DNA of 64,000 bases from an uncultured Acidobacteriota bacterium (GTDB taxonomy: Bacteria > Acidobacteriota > UBA6911): NCBI GenBank assembly GCA_963843575.1, contig CAWJKZ010000014.1:160001-224000 (forward strand), in the 5' to 3' direction. The translations under genes and the position numbers were made by a program. The notes under the pieces are model-generated. The model was given only the letters and a program-made list of their open reading frames with translations, did not search any database and had not been told where the DNA came from. Every line of letters begins with the position of its first letter. Position 1 is the stretch's first letter. This document shows, piece by piece, positions 41,314 to 50,573 of the stretch.

Positions 41314-42408
41314 ATGGAAAGTCTGATCACCGCAAACATCAAATCACGCCCCACGCGAACCTTGATCAGCATCGTCGCCGTGGGAGTCGGCGTGATCCTC
41401 ATCCTCATCATCGGTGGCATCGCGACCGGCACGCTCAACGACTACGTGGGGCGGACTCTCGGGGTGGGCGCGGACTTCATCCTGCAGGCCCCCGGATCGT
41501 CGATCTTCTACGCGTTCAGCGGCGCCGGTCTGAATGCCGGCCTGGCGCAAAAACTTGCGGAGGTTCCGGGAGTGGGCGGGGTCGCGCCGGTGCTCGCGAA
41601 GTTCAGCTCGGCGGATTTCGGACTCGTTTTCGGGATAGACCTCGCCAGCTTCAACCAGTTTTCGGGCAGGTTGCGCATTGTCAAGGGGCGGGAGTCGCTG
41701 CAGGGATTCGAGGTCATCGTCGATGAGCTTTATGCCCGCACGCACAAGCTCGCGCCCGGCCAGACGATAGAAATCCTGCACAACAAATTCACCGTGAGCG
41801 GTATCTGCAGCTCCGGTGCGGTGGTCCGCGTTTTCGTGCCGCTTTCGACCCTGCAGGACCTGAACGGCACGCCGAACCGGGTCACGCTCATGTTCATCAA
41901 AGTGCAACCGGGGCAGAACGTGAACACGGTCTTCGACAGGCTGAAGGGGACCTATCCGGATCTGGCGCTGGTGCGCGCCGACGACCCGTCGCTCCTGATG
42001 GCCGACACCAGGATGCCAGGCTTTCAGGAGTTCCGCTTTACGGTCGTGCTCGTATCTATGTTGCTGAGCTTCATGGTGATCCTGCTGGCAATGTACACCA
42101 CCATCTTCGAGAGGACGCGGGAGATCGGAATATTGAAGTCTCTCGGGGCTTCCCGAGGCTTTATCCTTGGCATGATTCTCAAAGAATCTGTTATGATATC
42201 TTGTTTGGGGGTGTTGTTCGGAATCGGTGCCAGCGCTATCATCCGGAAGATGATAATCACTGCGTTTCCAACGCTTCAGGTGGCCATGGCGTTCCCTGAG
42301 GTGTTGCGCGGTTGTGCTCTTGGGTTGCTGGGTGGGGCATTGGGATCGCTCTATCCGGCATATAAGGCGGCGCGGATGGATCCCGTCAAAGCGTTATCAT
42401 ATGAGTAG
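41314..42408 (+). CDS. ABC transporter permease, FtsX/MacB/LolC-E family
   Basis: RTLISIVAVGVGV, periplasmic domain, ERTREIGILKSLGAS, YPAYKAARMDPVKALSYE. Confidence 0.9.
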   Translation: MESLITANIKSRPTRTLISIVAVGVGVILILIIGGIATGTLNDYVGRTLGVGADFILQAPGSSIFYAFSGAGLNAGLAQKLAEVPGVGGVAPVLAKFSSADFGLVFGIDLASFNQFSGRLRIVKGRESLQGFEVIVDELYARTHKLAPGQTIEILHNKFTVSGICSSGAVVRVFVPLSTLQDLNGTPNRVTLMFIKVQPGQNVNTVFDRLKGTYPDLALVRADDPSLLMADTRMPGFQEFRFTVVLVSMLLSFMVILLAMYTTIFERTREIGILKSLGASRGFILGMILKESVMISCLGVLFGIGASAIIRKMIITAFPTLQVAMAFPEVLRGCALGLLGGALGSLYPAYKAARMDPVKALSYE

Positions 42409-43147
42409 GGAAAACAGGAGTACCGCACCGGAAGCCGGCATGATCGAGACCGTGGGCTTGTCGATGGTCTATAGGTCCGGCCGGACCGAGGTTCCCGCCC
42501 TGAGGGACGTAAACCTCACGGTGAATCCGGGTGAGTTCGTGGCAATCATGGGGCCGTCCGGTTGCGGGAAGTCGACGCTGCTGCACCTGCTCGGCGGCCT
42601 GGCTCAGCCGAGCGCCGGGAAGATCCTCATCGACCAGGTCGACATCGCGGGACTCAGCGATGCCGAGCGCACAACGATCCGGCGCAAGAAGATCGGGTAC
42701 GTCTTTCAGCGCTTCAACCTCCTCCCGACGATCTCGGCGCGGGCGAACATCGAGCTGGCCAAGCGAATCCACGGCAACGGTCATCTGAGTCCCAACGGTA
42801 GCGAGGAAATCATCGAGATGCTCGGCATCCGCGACAAGATGCCGTTTCGTCCCACGGAATTGTCCGGCGGCGAGCAGCAGCGCGTGGCGATCGCCCGCGC
42901 CGTCATCAACCACCCCTCGATCATCCTCGCGGACGAGCCCACCGGAAGCCTGGATTCCCATAACTCCCGCCTGGTGCTCAGGCTTCTGCAGGACCTGAAC
43001 GAGAGGTACGGGCAGACGATCGTCATGATAACTCATGACTCCGACGCCGCATCCATGGCCAACCGGGTGGTCGAAATGAGAGACGGCCAGATCCTCAGCA
43101 AGACGCCGCACTTCTCGTACGAGCCCGAGTTCGAGGGACTGTTCTGA
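42401..43147 (+). CDS. ABC transporter ATP-binding protein, LolD/MacB type
   Basis: GPSGCGKST, FQRFNLL, LSGGEQQRVAIARA, LADEPTGSLD, ITHD. Confidence 0.9.
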   Translation: MSRENRSTAPEAGMIETVGLSMVYRSGRTEVPALRDVNLTVNPGEFVAIMGPSGCGKSTLLHLLGGLAQPSAGKILIDQVDIAGLSDAERTTIRRKKIGYVFQRFNLLPTISARANIELAKRIHGNGHLSPNGSEEIIEMLGIRDKMPFRPTELSGGEQQRVAIARAVINHPSIILADEPTGSLDSHNSRLVLRLLQDLNERYGQTIVMITHDSDAASMANRVVEMRDGQILSKTPHFSYEPEFEGLF

Positions 43148-43161
43148 CGGAGGGTGGTTCC

Positions 43162-43380
43162 ATGGGAAAGCCGCATGGCGTCGTCCGGCCCATTCTGATC
43201 TGGTCCTACGAACGGGGCACGCTGCAATACGACATCATCTGCGGCCTCATTCTCGCCTTCATCTTCTTTACCCCGCGCAGCTGCTACCTCAAAAAGGCCA
43301 GCGCCGCCAACAGCGGGTCGACGCCGTCCATCAGCGCCGTGCACCAGGTACCGGGCGGACAACAGAAGCCCGGAAACTAA
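43162..43380 (+). CDS. Small single-TM hypothetical protein
   Basis: GGAGGG RBS; WSYERGTLQYDIICGLILAFIFFTPR. Confidence 0.7.
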   Translation: MGKPHGVVRPILIWSYERGTLQYDIICGLILAFIFFTPRSCYLKKASAANSGSTPSISAVHQVPGGQQKPGN

Positions 43381-43410
43381 TCCTCTGCTGGGGCATCTTC
43401 TGCTGTGACC

Positions 43411-44106
43411 ATGAAATTCAACCGATCGCACGTCTTCGCCGTGGTGCTCGCGTCTCTCGCCCTCCTTGTCCCCGGGTATCCCCAGGCGGACGAGCTCAAC
43501 GCTGTCCTCCGGCAGATGGAGTCCACCGGCAGGACATTCCGGACATTTTCGGCGCAGTTTGCACAAAAAAAGTATACGGCGGTGCTGAAGGAGTTCGACC
43601 CTCCCGAGTCGGGGGAGTTCCTCTACTCTCGGGCGAAGGACGGTTCCGCGCTGTTGCGCCAGGAGGTCCGCAATCCCGCGCCGCGCATCCTGACCATCAA
43701 AGGCGGCATCGCTACGGTGTTCCAGCCCAGAATCAACCAGGCCCAGGTCGTCAGCCTGGGTAAGAACAAGGATAAGGCCGAGTACTTGGCCCTTGGGTTG
43801 GGGCAGTCCCCGGCGAAGCTCCAGCAGACGTTCGACATCACCTACTCAGGGACCGAGCCGGTGGGGGGGCAGCCGTGCTGGGTAATCAACCTCAAACCGA
43901 AGAGTGCTGCGGCCGCGGCCTACTTCTCGTCGATCACTCTCTGGATCAAGAAAGCCAGTGGCGTCCCGATCCAGCAAAAACTCCAGGAACCGAACGGAGA
44001 TTATCTCCTGGTGACGTTCTCCGGCGAGAAGCTGAACCGGACCGTTGCTGATGCGAAGTTCGAGCAGAAGCTGCCGTCCGGGGTAGACGTGCAGCGGATT
44101 CAGTGA
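43411..44106 (+). CDS. lolA: Outer membrane lipoprotein carrier LolA-like protein
   Basis: Signal peptide; FSAQFAQKKY, ESGEFLY, INLKPK, ITLWI...PIQQKLQEPNGD...F.G.KLN..V.D.KF..KLPSGV. Confidence 0.7.
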   Translation: MKFNRSHVFAVVLASLALLVPGYPQADELNAVLRQMESTGRTFRTFSAQFAQKKYTAVLKEFDPPESGEFLYSRAKDGSALLRQEVRNPAPRILTIKGGIATVFQPRINQAQVVSLGKNKDKAEYLALGLGQSPAKLQQTFDITYSGTEPVGGQPCWVINLKPKSAAAAAYFSSITLWIKKASGVPIQQKLQEPNGDYLLVTFSGEKLNRTVADAKFEQKLPSGVDVQRIQ

Positions 44107-44771
44107 GACGTTCCCGCGTTGGGCTCGAGCGGGACCCGGATTCGGGGCTCGCCCGTCTGTGCTTGGGATTCCACCTGGTGGCCGCTCCTGTCGGGTTTCG
44201 GCAGCTCCTTCCAGGTGTAGTAAATCCGGTTGATCACGGTCCAGTTGCCGAGGACGGCCAGCACCCAGAGCACGGCCTCCATGCGGTTTGACAGGGCGCC
44301 GATGATCAGGAGCACGATGCGTTCGGGGCGCTCCATAAAGCCGACTTTGCACGTGCTGATCAGGCATTCAGCCCGGGCGCGCGCATAGCTGGTCATGATG
44401 GCGCCCATGAAAACCACCCCTACCAGCACGACGTAGCCAAGCATCTGCTGGCGCGCGTACCACACCATCAACCCCTGCAGCAGGATGATATCCGAATAGC
44501 GGTCGATCACCGAATCATAGAAGGCGCCGAAACGGGTTGCGGAGCGGGTTACACGGGCTACTTCGCCATCCAGCATGTCGAACAAGCCCGCAAGGATAAC
44601 GATCAGCCCAGCGCGGAAAAAATTGCCGTGTCCGAAATTCCAGGCCGCCCATAGACTGATCAGTACGCCGGTGAACGTGAGTATGTTTGGGTTGACCCGA
44701 AAGCAGGTCAGGCCCTTCACGATCAGATCCAGAACAAACTTCCCCCCGCGGCCTATGGATTGGCTGATCAT
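44100..44771 (-). CDS. pgsA: CDP-alcohol phosphatidyltransferase (PIP/AIP-synthase-like subfamily)
   Basis: NPNILT, DMLDGEVAR...TRFGAFYDSVIDR, SYARARAE, GFMERPER. Confidence 0.8.
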   Translation of the reverse strand: MISQSIGRGGKFVLDLIVKGLTCFRVNPNILTFTGVLISLWAAWNFGHGNFFRAGLIVILAGLFDMLDGEVARVTRSATRFGAFYDSVIDRYSDIILLQGLMVWYARQQMLGYVVLVGVVFMGAIMTSYARARAECLISTCKVGFMERPERIVLLIIGALSNRMEAVLWVLAVLGNWTVINRIYYTWKELPKPDRSGHQVESQAQTGEPRIRVPLEPNAGTSH

Positions 44772-44777
44772 GGTGCT

Positions 44778-44806
44778 AGGCTAGACAGATAGAAATATCT
44801 TGTCAA
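44778..44806 (-). promoter_or_regulatory. sigma70 promoter of the pgsA-like gene (predicted leaderless)
   Basis: TTGACA-N17-TAGCCT, then 6 nt to ATG 44771. Confidence 0.6.
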
Positions 44807-44808
44807 GG

Positions 44809-46032
44809 TCAAAACAGCCTAAACCGGATCGTGAGATACTTCTTCGGGTCTTGGCGTAAGTCATAGATAAATTTAGTGATCTCTGCAGTCGACTCGTTCA
44901 GGTTGTTGTACAGTCCGGGATCCTTGAGCAGTTTGCCGAGCGTACCCTGACCCTTGTCGATTTCGTTGGCGAGCGCGACGATCCGGTCGACCGCCTGCCT
45001 GCTGGATTCATACAGGGCCGGGTCACGCGAAAGTTTTCCAAGGGTACCCTCGCCGCCTTCCATCCGGTTCATTATGACTTCGGCGTTGCGCAATGTGGCG
45101 TTGGCGTGGTCGTACAGTTCGGGATCCTTTATCAGCTTTCCGAGCGTGCCGGACCCGTTTTGGATCTCCTCGGCGAGGCTGTTGAATCTCTGGAGCGAGT
45201 CGGAAAGACGGTTGTAGAGTTCGGGATCCGACACCAGCTTGCCGAAGGTCCCCTCGCCGGCGCGGACTTCCTCCACGAGCGCGGTGGTGCGGGCAAAGGT
45301 CTGGTTGGCCTGCCGGAGCGTCGTCTGCAGGAGTTCGAGGGTGTCGGTCAGCCCCGTCCCGACCCGGTCGGGGTTGATTCTCTGGGCGATATTCTTGAAT
45401 TGCTCCGAGAGAACGCCGAAATTGGCGATGACGTCGTTGGCTCCCGTCATGATTTCCCTGAATCCCGTCGTGCGCACCCCCTCGATGACATAAAACTCTC
45501 CGCGTCTGGGTGGAGGCTCGTTGTAGATGCCGGGGGAAATATTGATGAACGAGTCGCCTATGAGACCGCGAGACTCGATACTGACCTCCGAATCACGACT
45601 GATGCGGTTGATGTATTGGGTGCGGATTTCCATCTGCACCTCCACGAAGCGCAGCTCGGCCTTGAGCGAACGGAGCCTGTCCTCAAGGTCGTCGATGGCC
45701 TGGCGCGCATTGGGGACCTTGGGGTCGAGCGCCTGCAGCTGTTTCTTCGTGAGGTTGATCTGCCGGAACACCGGGTCGTTACCCGCGTACACCTCGGGGG
45801 GGACGATCGTCACCTTCCTGACTTTGCCGATCTCCATGCCCGCGAGCCAGACGGGCGCCCCCGGCTTGAGGCCGCCGACATCGGGGAGATAGGTGATGGC
45901 CTTCACACTCCGGGAAAACCAGTCGATGCCCCAGCTTTGTTGCAGAATGAGGGCCGCCATGAGCAGCAGAGCGACGGTAACCAGTATCCCCACCTTCATC
46001 TCCGCCAGACTTACTTGCTTGTTGGCCGGCAT
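44809..46032 (-). CDS. mlaD: MCE/MlaD family protein with long helical tail
   Basis: TM, GGLKPGAPVWLAGMEIGKV, GLIGDSFINISPG, four GxGTxGKLxxDPxLY repeats, DPKKYL. Confidence 0.85.
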   Translation of the reverse strand: MPANKQVSLAEMKVGILVTVALLLMAALILQQSWGIDWFSRSVKAITYLPDVGGLKPGAPVWLAGMEIGKVRKVTIVPPEVYAGNDPVFRQINLTKKQLQALDPKVPNARQAIDDLEDRLRSLKAELRFVEVQMEIRTQYINRISRDSEVSIESRGLIGDSFINISPGIYNEPPPRRGEFYVIEGVRTTGFREIMTGANDVIANFGVLSEQFKNIAQRINPDRVGTGLTDTLELLQTTLRQANQTFARTTALVEEVRAGEGTFGKLVSDPELYNRLSDSLQRFNSLAEEIQNGSGTLGKLIKDPELYDHANATLRNAEVIMNRMEGGEGTLGKLSRDPALYESSRQAVDRIVALANEIDKGQGTLGKLLKDPGLYNNLNESTAEITKFIYDLRQDPKKYLTIRFRLF

Positions 46033-46102
46033 TTTGTCCTCCGCTCGGTCACGGTCTGCGCAGGCGCCCGGAGAGGACCGGGGTTGCTGCGACCGATCAC
46101 AA

Positions 46103-46894
46103 TCACGAAACGAATTCCTCGATGTAAGGCTCGCGGGAATTCATGAGATCCTGGTAGCTGCCGGAAAAACGGATCTCGCCCTCCTGCAGCATGATGAAAT
46201 GGACATTGAGCAGGCAAAGGCTGTCACCGCCGCGTTTCAGGCGGAGGCGTCCCGTTTCGTCGGGGGCGGCGTATTCGGTGGCGAGGATCCCCGCGGCATG
46301 CAGGTCGTGGGTCACAAACACGGTGGTGACTCCCTCGATGTCGCGCAGCTTGATGATCAGATCGATGATGGTCCGCTTGGTGATGGGATCCAGCCCGGCC
46401 GTAGGTTCGTCGTACAGCACGACCTTCGGGGTGCCGACGAGGGCGCGGGCGATCCCGACGCGTCGCTTCATGCCCCCGGACAACTCGGCCGGCATCTTGT
46501 CTATGGCGTCTTCCAGGCCCACAAAGCCGAGCAACCGCTGGACCGCCTGTTGGATTTCCTCCTCGCCGAGGCGGTTTTCCTCGTAGAGCCGGTAACCGAC
46601 GTTTTCCCGCACCGAGAGGGAGTCGAACAACGCCCCCTCCTGAAACACCATCCCGATGCCGCGCCGAACCTGGACGAGCTCCCGCTCGCTCAGCTGTGTG
46701 ATGTCCTGATCGTCGACCAGAATCTGGCCGGAATCCGGCCGTATGAGGCCCAGGATAAGCTTCAGGATCGTCGATTTTCCGGAGCCGCTGGCGCCGATTA
46801 TCACCTTGGTCTCGCCCCGCGAGATTGTCAGGCTGATGTTGTTCAGGACGATCTCGTCGTTGAATGACTTGGTTACGTTCCGGAACTCGATCAT
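46103..46894 (-). CDS. mlaF: Lipid ABC transporter ATP-binding protein
   Basis: GASGSGKST, VFQEGALFDSL, ELSGGMKRRV, YDEPTAGLDP. Confidence 0.9.
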   Translation of the reverse strand: MIEFRNVTKSFNDEIVLNNISLTISRGETKVIIGASGSGKSTILKLILGLIRPDSGQILVDDQDITQLSERELVQVRRGIGMVFQEGALFDSLSVRENVGYRLYEENRLGEEEIQQAVQRLLGFVGLEDAIDKMPAELSGGMKRRVGIARALVGTPKVVLYDEPTAGLDPITKRTIIDLIIKLRDIEGVTTVFVTHDLHAAGILATEYAAPDETGRLRLKRGGDSLCLLNVHFIMLQEGEIRFSGSYQDLMNSREPYIEEFVS

Positions 46895-46897
46895 GGA

Positions 46898-47713
46898 TTA
46901 TGGGTTGATGAAGGGCGAGAGATAGATGATCAGGTTGTTCAGAAAAAAGTCCGCCGTTATGACAAGTATGGAGCTGCTCACGACGGCCTGCGTGGTGGCC
47001 CGTCCTACCCCTTCGGTGCCGCCGGTCGTGCGCAGCCCGACGTAGCATCCGGTCATCGAGATGATGAAGCCGAAAACGACCGGTTTCATCAGCGTGCCGA
47101 ACACGTCGGAAAACTGCAGCGCGTTGATAACGTCCGACCAGTACTGGCTCGAGCTGATGAGCAGCTTGTAACGCGAGATGATCCATCCCCCGCACATTCC
47201 GACAGCGTTGCAGATGATCGTCAGCAGGGGCAACATAAGGACTGTGGCGATCATGCGAGGCGTCACCAGCCGCCGGGTAGGGTCGGTGCCCAGCGCACGC
47301 ATGGCGTTGATCTGCTCCGAAACGATCATGGACCCGAGTTCCGAGGCTATGCCCGAGCCTATGCGCCCGGACATCATCAGGGCCGACAACACCGGGCCCA
47401 ACTCACGCACGAGCGTGATGGAAACCAATTGCCCCGTAATGCTCACGGCGCCATATCGACGCAGCGCGCTTTCAGACTGGATCGCCAGGACGGCCCCGGT
47501 GAAAAACCCGGTGAGCACGATGATGGTGAGGGAACCCACGCCGATGCGGTCCATCTGCATCACGACTTCGCGTCCGTAAATGGGAGGGGTAAACAGGTTT
47601 GCGATGGCCCGGCTGCCGAGAACGGTGTAGGATTGAATCTCCCAGACAGCCCGGGCAATGAAGCGGAATGGCGCATTGAGCGCCCTGCTTAACGAAGTGG
47701 CCATCGTCGTCAA
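46898..47713 (-). CDS. mlaE: Lipid ABC transporter permease
   Basis: RELGPVL, GRIGSGIASELGSM, EQINAMRALG.DP...LV.PR, GGTEGVGRATT. Confidence 0.9.
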   Translation of the reverse strand: MTTMATSLSRALNAPFRFIARAVWEIQSYTVLGSRAIANLFTPPIYGREVVMQMDRIGVGSLTIIVLTGFFTGAVLAIQSESALRRYGAVSITGQLVSITLVRELGPVLSALMMSGRIGSGIASELGSMIVSEQINAMRALGTDPTRRLVTPRMIATVLMLPLLTIICNAVGMCGGWIISRYKLLISSSQYWSDVINALQFSDVFGTLMKPVVFGFIISMTGCYVGLRTTGGTEGVGRATTQAVVSSSILVITADFFLNNLIIYLSPFINP

Positions 47714-47830
47714 CCTTGCGGAAGTGTATTGGTGCGCGGATTGTCAAGTCAAGGACAAAGGCACAGTATTATACCGCTAAGCTTTTGAGATTTACGGACT
47801 TTCCGATTTTCCAAGGGAGTGGGTGCCCTG

Positions 47831-49004
47831 ATGCTCCGTTACTTCACCGCCGGCGAATCGCACGGGAAATGCCTGATCGGGATCCTCGAAGGACTGCCAT
47901 CGGGACTTCCGGTCGAGACCGCGTTCATCAATTCACAGTTGCACCGCCGCCAACTCGGTTATGGACGGGGCGGCCGCATGAAAATCGAGAAGGACGAGGT
48001 GGAGGTGCTAGCCGGGATCCGTCACGGACGAACCCTGGGGAGCCCGGTGGCCCTCCAGGTACGAAACAAGGACTGGTCCCACTGGGAGATCCCGATGTCC
48101 CCGGAGCCCGTCCCCGAAGGAGCCAACATACGGCCGCTGACCAGGCCACGCCCCGGTCACGTGGACCTTGCGGGAGCACTCAAGCACCAGACCTACGACG
48201 CGAGGGATGTGCTCGAGCGGGCCAGCGCCCGCGAAACGGCTGCGCGCGTGGCAACGGGGGCGCTCTGCCACATCTTTCTGCGCCGTTTCGGGATGGCGGT
48301 CGCAGCGCACGTACTGTCCATCGGGTCGATACGGGTCTCCGAAGCTCTACCGCGTGCTCGACGCGGACGAAATTCTGAAACTCGACCCCGAAGCGCCGCT
48401 GCGATGCGCGGACGCTGCCGCCATCCCCCGTATGATGGAAGAGATCGACAAGGCGCGCAGCTCCGGAGACACACTGGGCGGAGTCGTGGAGGTGGTCGCC
48501 GCCTCGGTTCCTCCCGGGCTGGGGTCTCACACCCAATGGGACCGCAAACTGGACGGCGCCCTTGCCCGTGCGCTCATGAGCATTCCGGCCGCCAAGGCCG
48601 TCGAGCTCGGCACGGGGATCGAAGCGGCCGCCGCTTTCGGTTCGCAGGTTCACGACGAGATCTTCTATGACCACGAATCCCGCGGATTCTACAGAAAGAC
48701 CAACCGTGCCGGGGGGATAGAAGCCGGAATCACAAACGGGTCCGACATCAGAGCCCGCGTATACATGAAGCCGATTCCGACCTTGCGGAAACCTCTGATG
48801 TCCGCCGACCTGCGCTCCAAAGAGGCGTTCGAGGCGGCATTCGAACGCAGCGACACCTGTGTGGTGCCCGCGGCCGGCGTTATCGCAGAGGCGATGATCG
48901 CTTTCGTGTTGGCCGGCGCATTTCTCGAGAAATTCGGCGGCGACTCCATCGGAGAGACCGAGGCGAATCACCGCAATTACTGCCAAATGCTGCGCGACTA
49001 CTGA
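47831..49004 (+). CDS. aroC: Chorismate synthase (frameshift near 48345)
   Basis: [63 protein letters not shown]. Confidence 0.95.
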
Positions 49005-49043
49005 GGTCCGGACATGGAAGCGGCGGCTGCGCCGGCCTGTCAC

Positions 49044-49072
49044 TGGACAAACTGAGGTATATCCAATAGAAT
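49044..49072 (+). promoter_or_regulatory. sigma70 promoter of def (leaderless or near-leaderless)
   Basis: TGGACA-N17-TAGAAT, then 8 nt to ATG 49081; no SD. Confidence 0.55.
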
Positions 49073-49080
49073 CTTCACTT

Positions 49081-49590
49081 ATGCTATTGCCGATCCTCAA
49101 ATACGGGTGCATGGAGCTCAAAACCGCCAGCCATCCCGTGGATCATTTCAACGGCGAACTGGAGAAGCTCGCCAAGAACATGATCGAAACAATGTACAGC
49201 GCCCCGGGCATCGGCCTGGCGGCAAACCAGATCGGGGTCAATATCCGGCTTTCGACCATTGACCTTTCGGTGGGAGAGGACCAGAACCAGCTGATCGTGA
49301 TCTGCAACCCGGAAGTGGTGTCGGCCGAAGGTGAACAGAAAAGCGAGGAAGGGTGCCTGAGCATTCCCGATTTCAGCGACACAATCGTGCGGCCGCGCAA
49401 GATCGTGGTGCGCGGGCAGGATATCCACGGCGAGACCTTCGAAATCGGGGGGGAAGGCCTGCTGGCGCGCTGTCTGAGTCACGAGATCGATCATCTGAAC
49501 GGGCTCCTGTTCATCGATCACCTGAGCGTCCTTAAGCGGAACCTGATTCGCAACAAAATCAAGAAACTCGCCAAGGCCGGCGAATGGTGA
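49081..49590 (+). CDS. def: Peptide deformylase
   Basis: GIGLAANQIG, EGCLSIP, HEIDHLNG. Confidence 0.95.
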   Translation: MLLPILKYGCMELKTASHPVDHFNGELEKLAKNMIETMYSAPGIGLAANQIGVNIRLSTIDLSVGEDQNQLIVICNPEVVSAEGEQKSEEGCLSIPDFSDTIVRPRKIVVRGQDIHGETFEIGGEGLLARCLSHEIDHLNGLLFIDHLSVLKRNLIRNKIKKLAKAGEW

Positions 49591-50573
49591 GCCCCATGCG
49601 TGTCGTTTTCCTGGGCACGCCGGATTTCGCAGTCCCCTCCCTGCGCGCGCTGCTCGCCGGTCCGTACCAGGTCTGCGCGGTCTTTACTCAGCCGGACCGC
49701 CCCGCCGGACGCGGCCATGCGCTGCACGCGTCCCCGGTCAAGGACGTTGCGTCCAGTGCCGGCATCGATGTGCACCAGCCGGAGAAAATCCGCGACGAGC
49801 AAGTCCGGGCCCGCATCGAGTCGCTTGCGCCGGATTTCCTGGTGGTCGTTGCCTACGGGCAGATTCTCCCGGGCTGGCTTCTGCGCGTGCCGCGTTACGG
49901 GTCGGTCAACGTCCACGCGTCGCTCCTGCCTCGTTACCGCGGGGCCGCGCCCATCGCCTGGGCGATCCTGAACGGCGACACCGTCACCGGCGTGACGACC
50001 ATGCTGATGGACGAAGGGATGGACACCGGCCCGATGCTGCTGCGCAGGGAAGTCGCCGTCGAATCCACCGTCACTACGGGCGAACTAACGGCTCAGCTCG
50101 CTGCAACGGGCGCGGAACTGCTCACCGCCACCCTCGACGGCCTTGCGGCGGGCAGAATCGGCGCGATCCCGCAGGATAACTCCCTGGCGACGCTGGCACC
50201 AAGGATCAGGAAGGAAATGGGTGCGATCGACTGGCGGCAGGATGCGCGGGCCATCCACGACAGGGTCAGGGCGCTCAACCCGTGGCCGCTCGCTTTCTCC
50301 ACCTTTCGCGGCCAGAGAATGCAGATCCTGCGCACCCTCCCCGCCGCGCTCGGCGAGGCAGGGATATCCGGACGCGTTCACGCCCCCGCTACATTCGTGG
50401 GCCTGACAGATCAGGGCATGCTCGTTTCTTGCGGAGCCGGCAGCGCCCTCGAGCTCGTAGAGGTCCAGGTCGAAAGCCGCAAGCGGGTCTTCGGGCGCCA
50501 ATTTGCCGTCGGCGCCAGGCTGCGCCCCGGGGAGCGTGTCGCCACGGCAACGGCTGAGGAAAATCGCCCGTGA
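49584..50573 (+). CDS. fmt: Methionyl-tRNA formyltransferase
   Basis: FLGTPDFA, TQPDRPAGRG, NVHASLLPRYRGAAPI, MDTGP. Confidence 0.95.
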   Translation: MVSPMRVVFLGTPDFAVPSLRALLAGPYQVCAVFTQPDRPAGRGHALHASPVKDVASSAGIDVHQPEKIRDEQVRARIESLAPDFLVVVAYGQILPGWLLRVPRYGSVNVHASLLPRYRGAAPIAWAILNGDTVTGVTTMLMDEGMDTGPMLLRREVAVESTVTTGELTAQLAATGAELLTATLDGLAAGRIGAIPQDNSLATLAPRIRKEMGAIDWRQDARAIHDRVRALNPWPLAFSTFRGQRMQILRTLPAALGEAGISGRVHAPATFVGLTDQGMLVSCGAGSALELVEVQVESRKRVFGRQFAVGARLRPGERVATATAEENRP

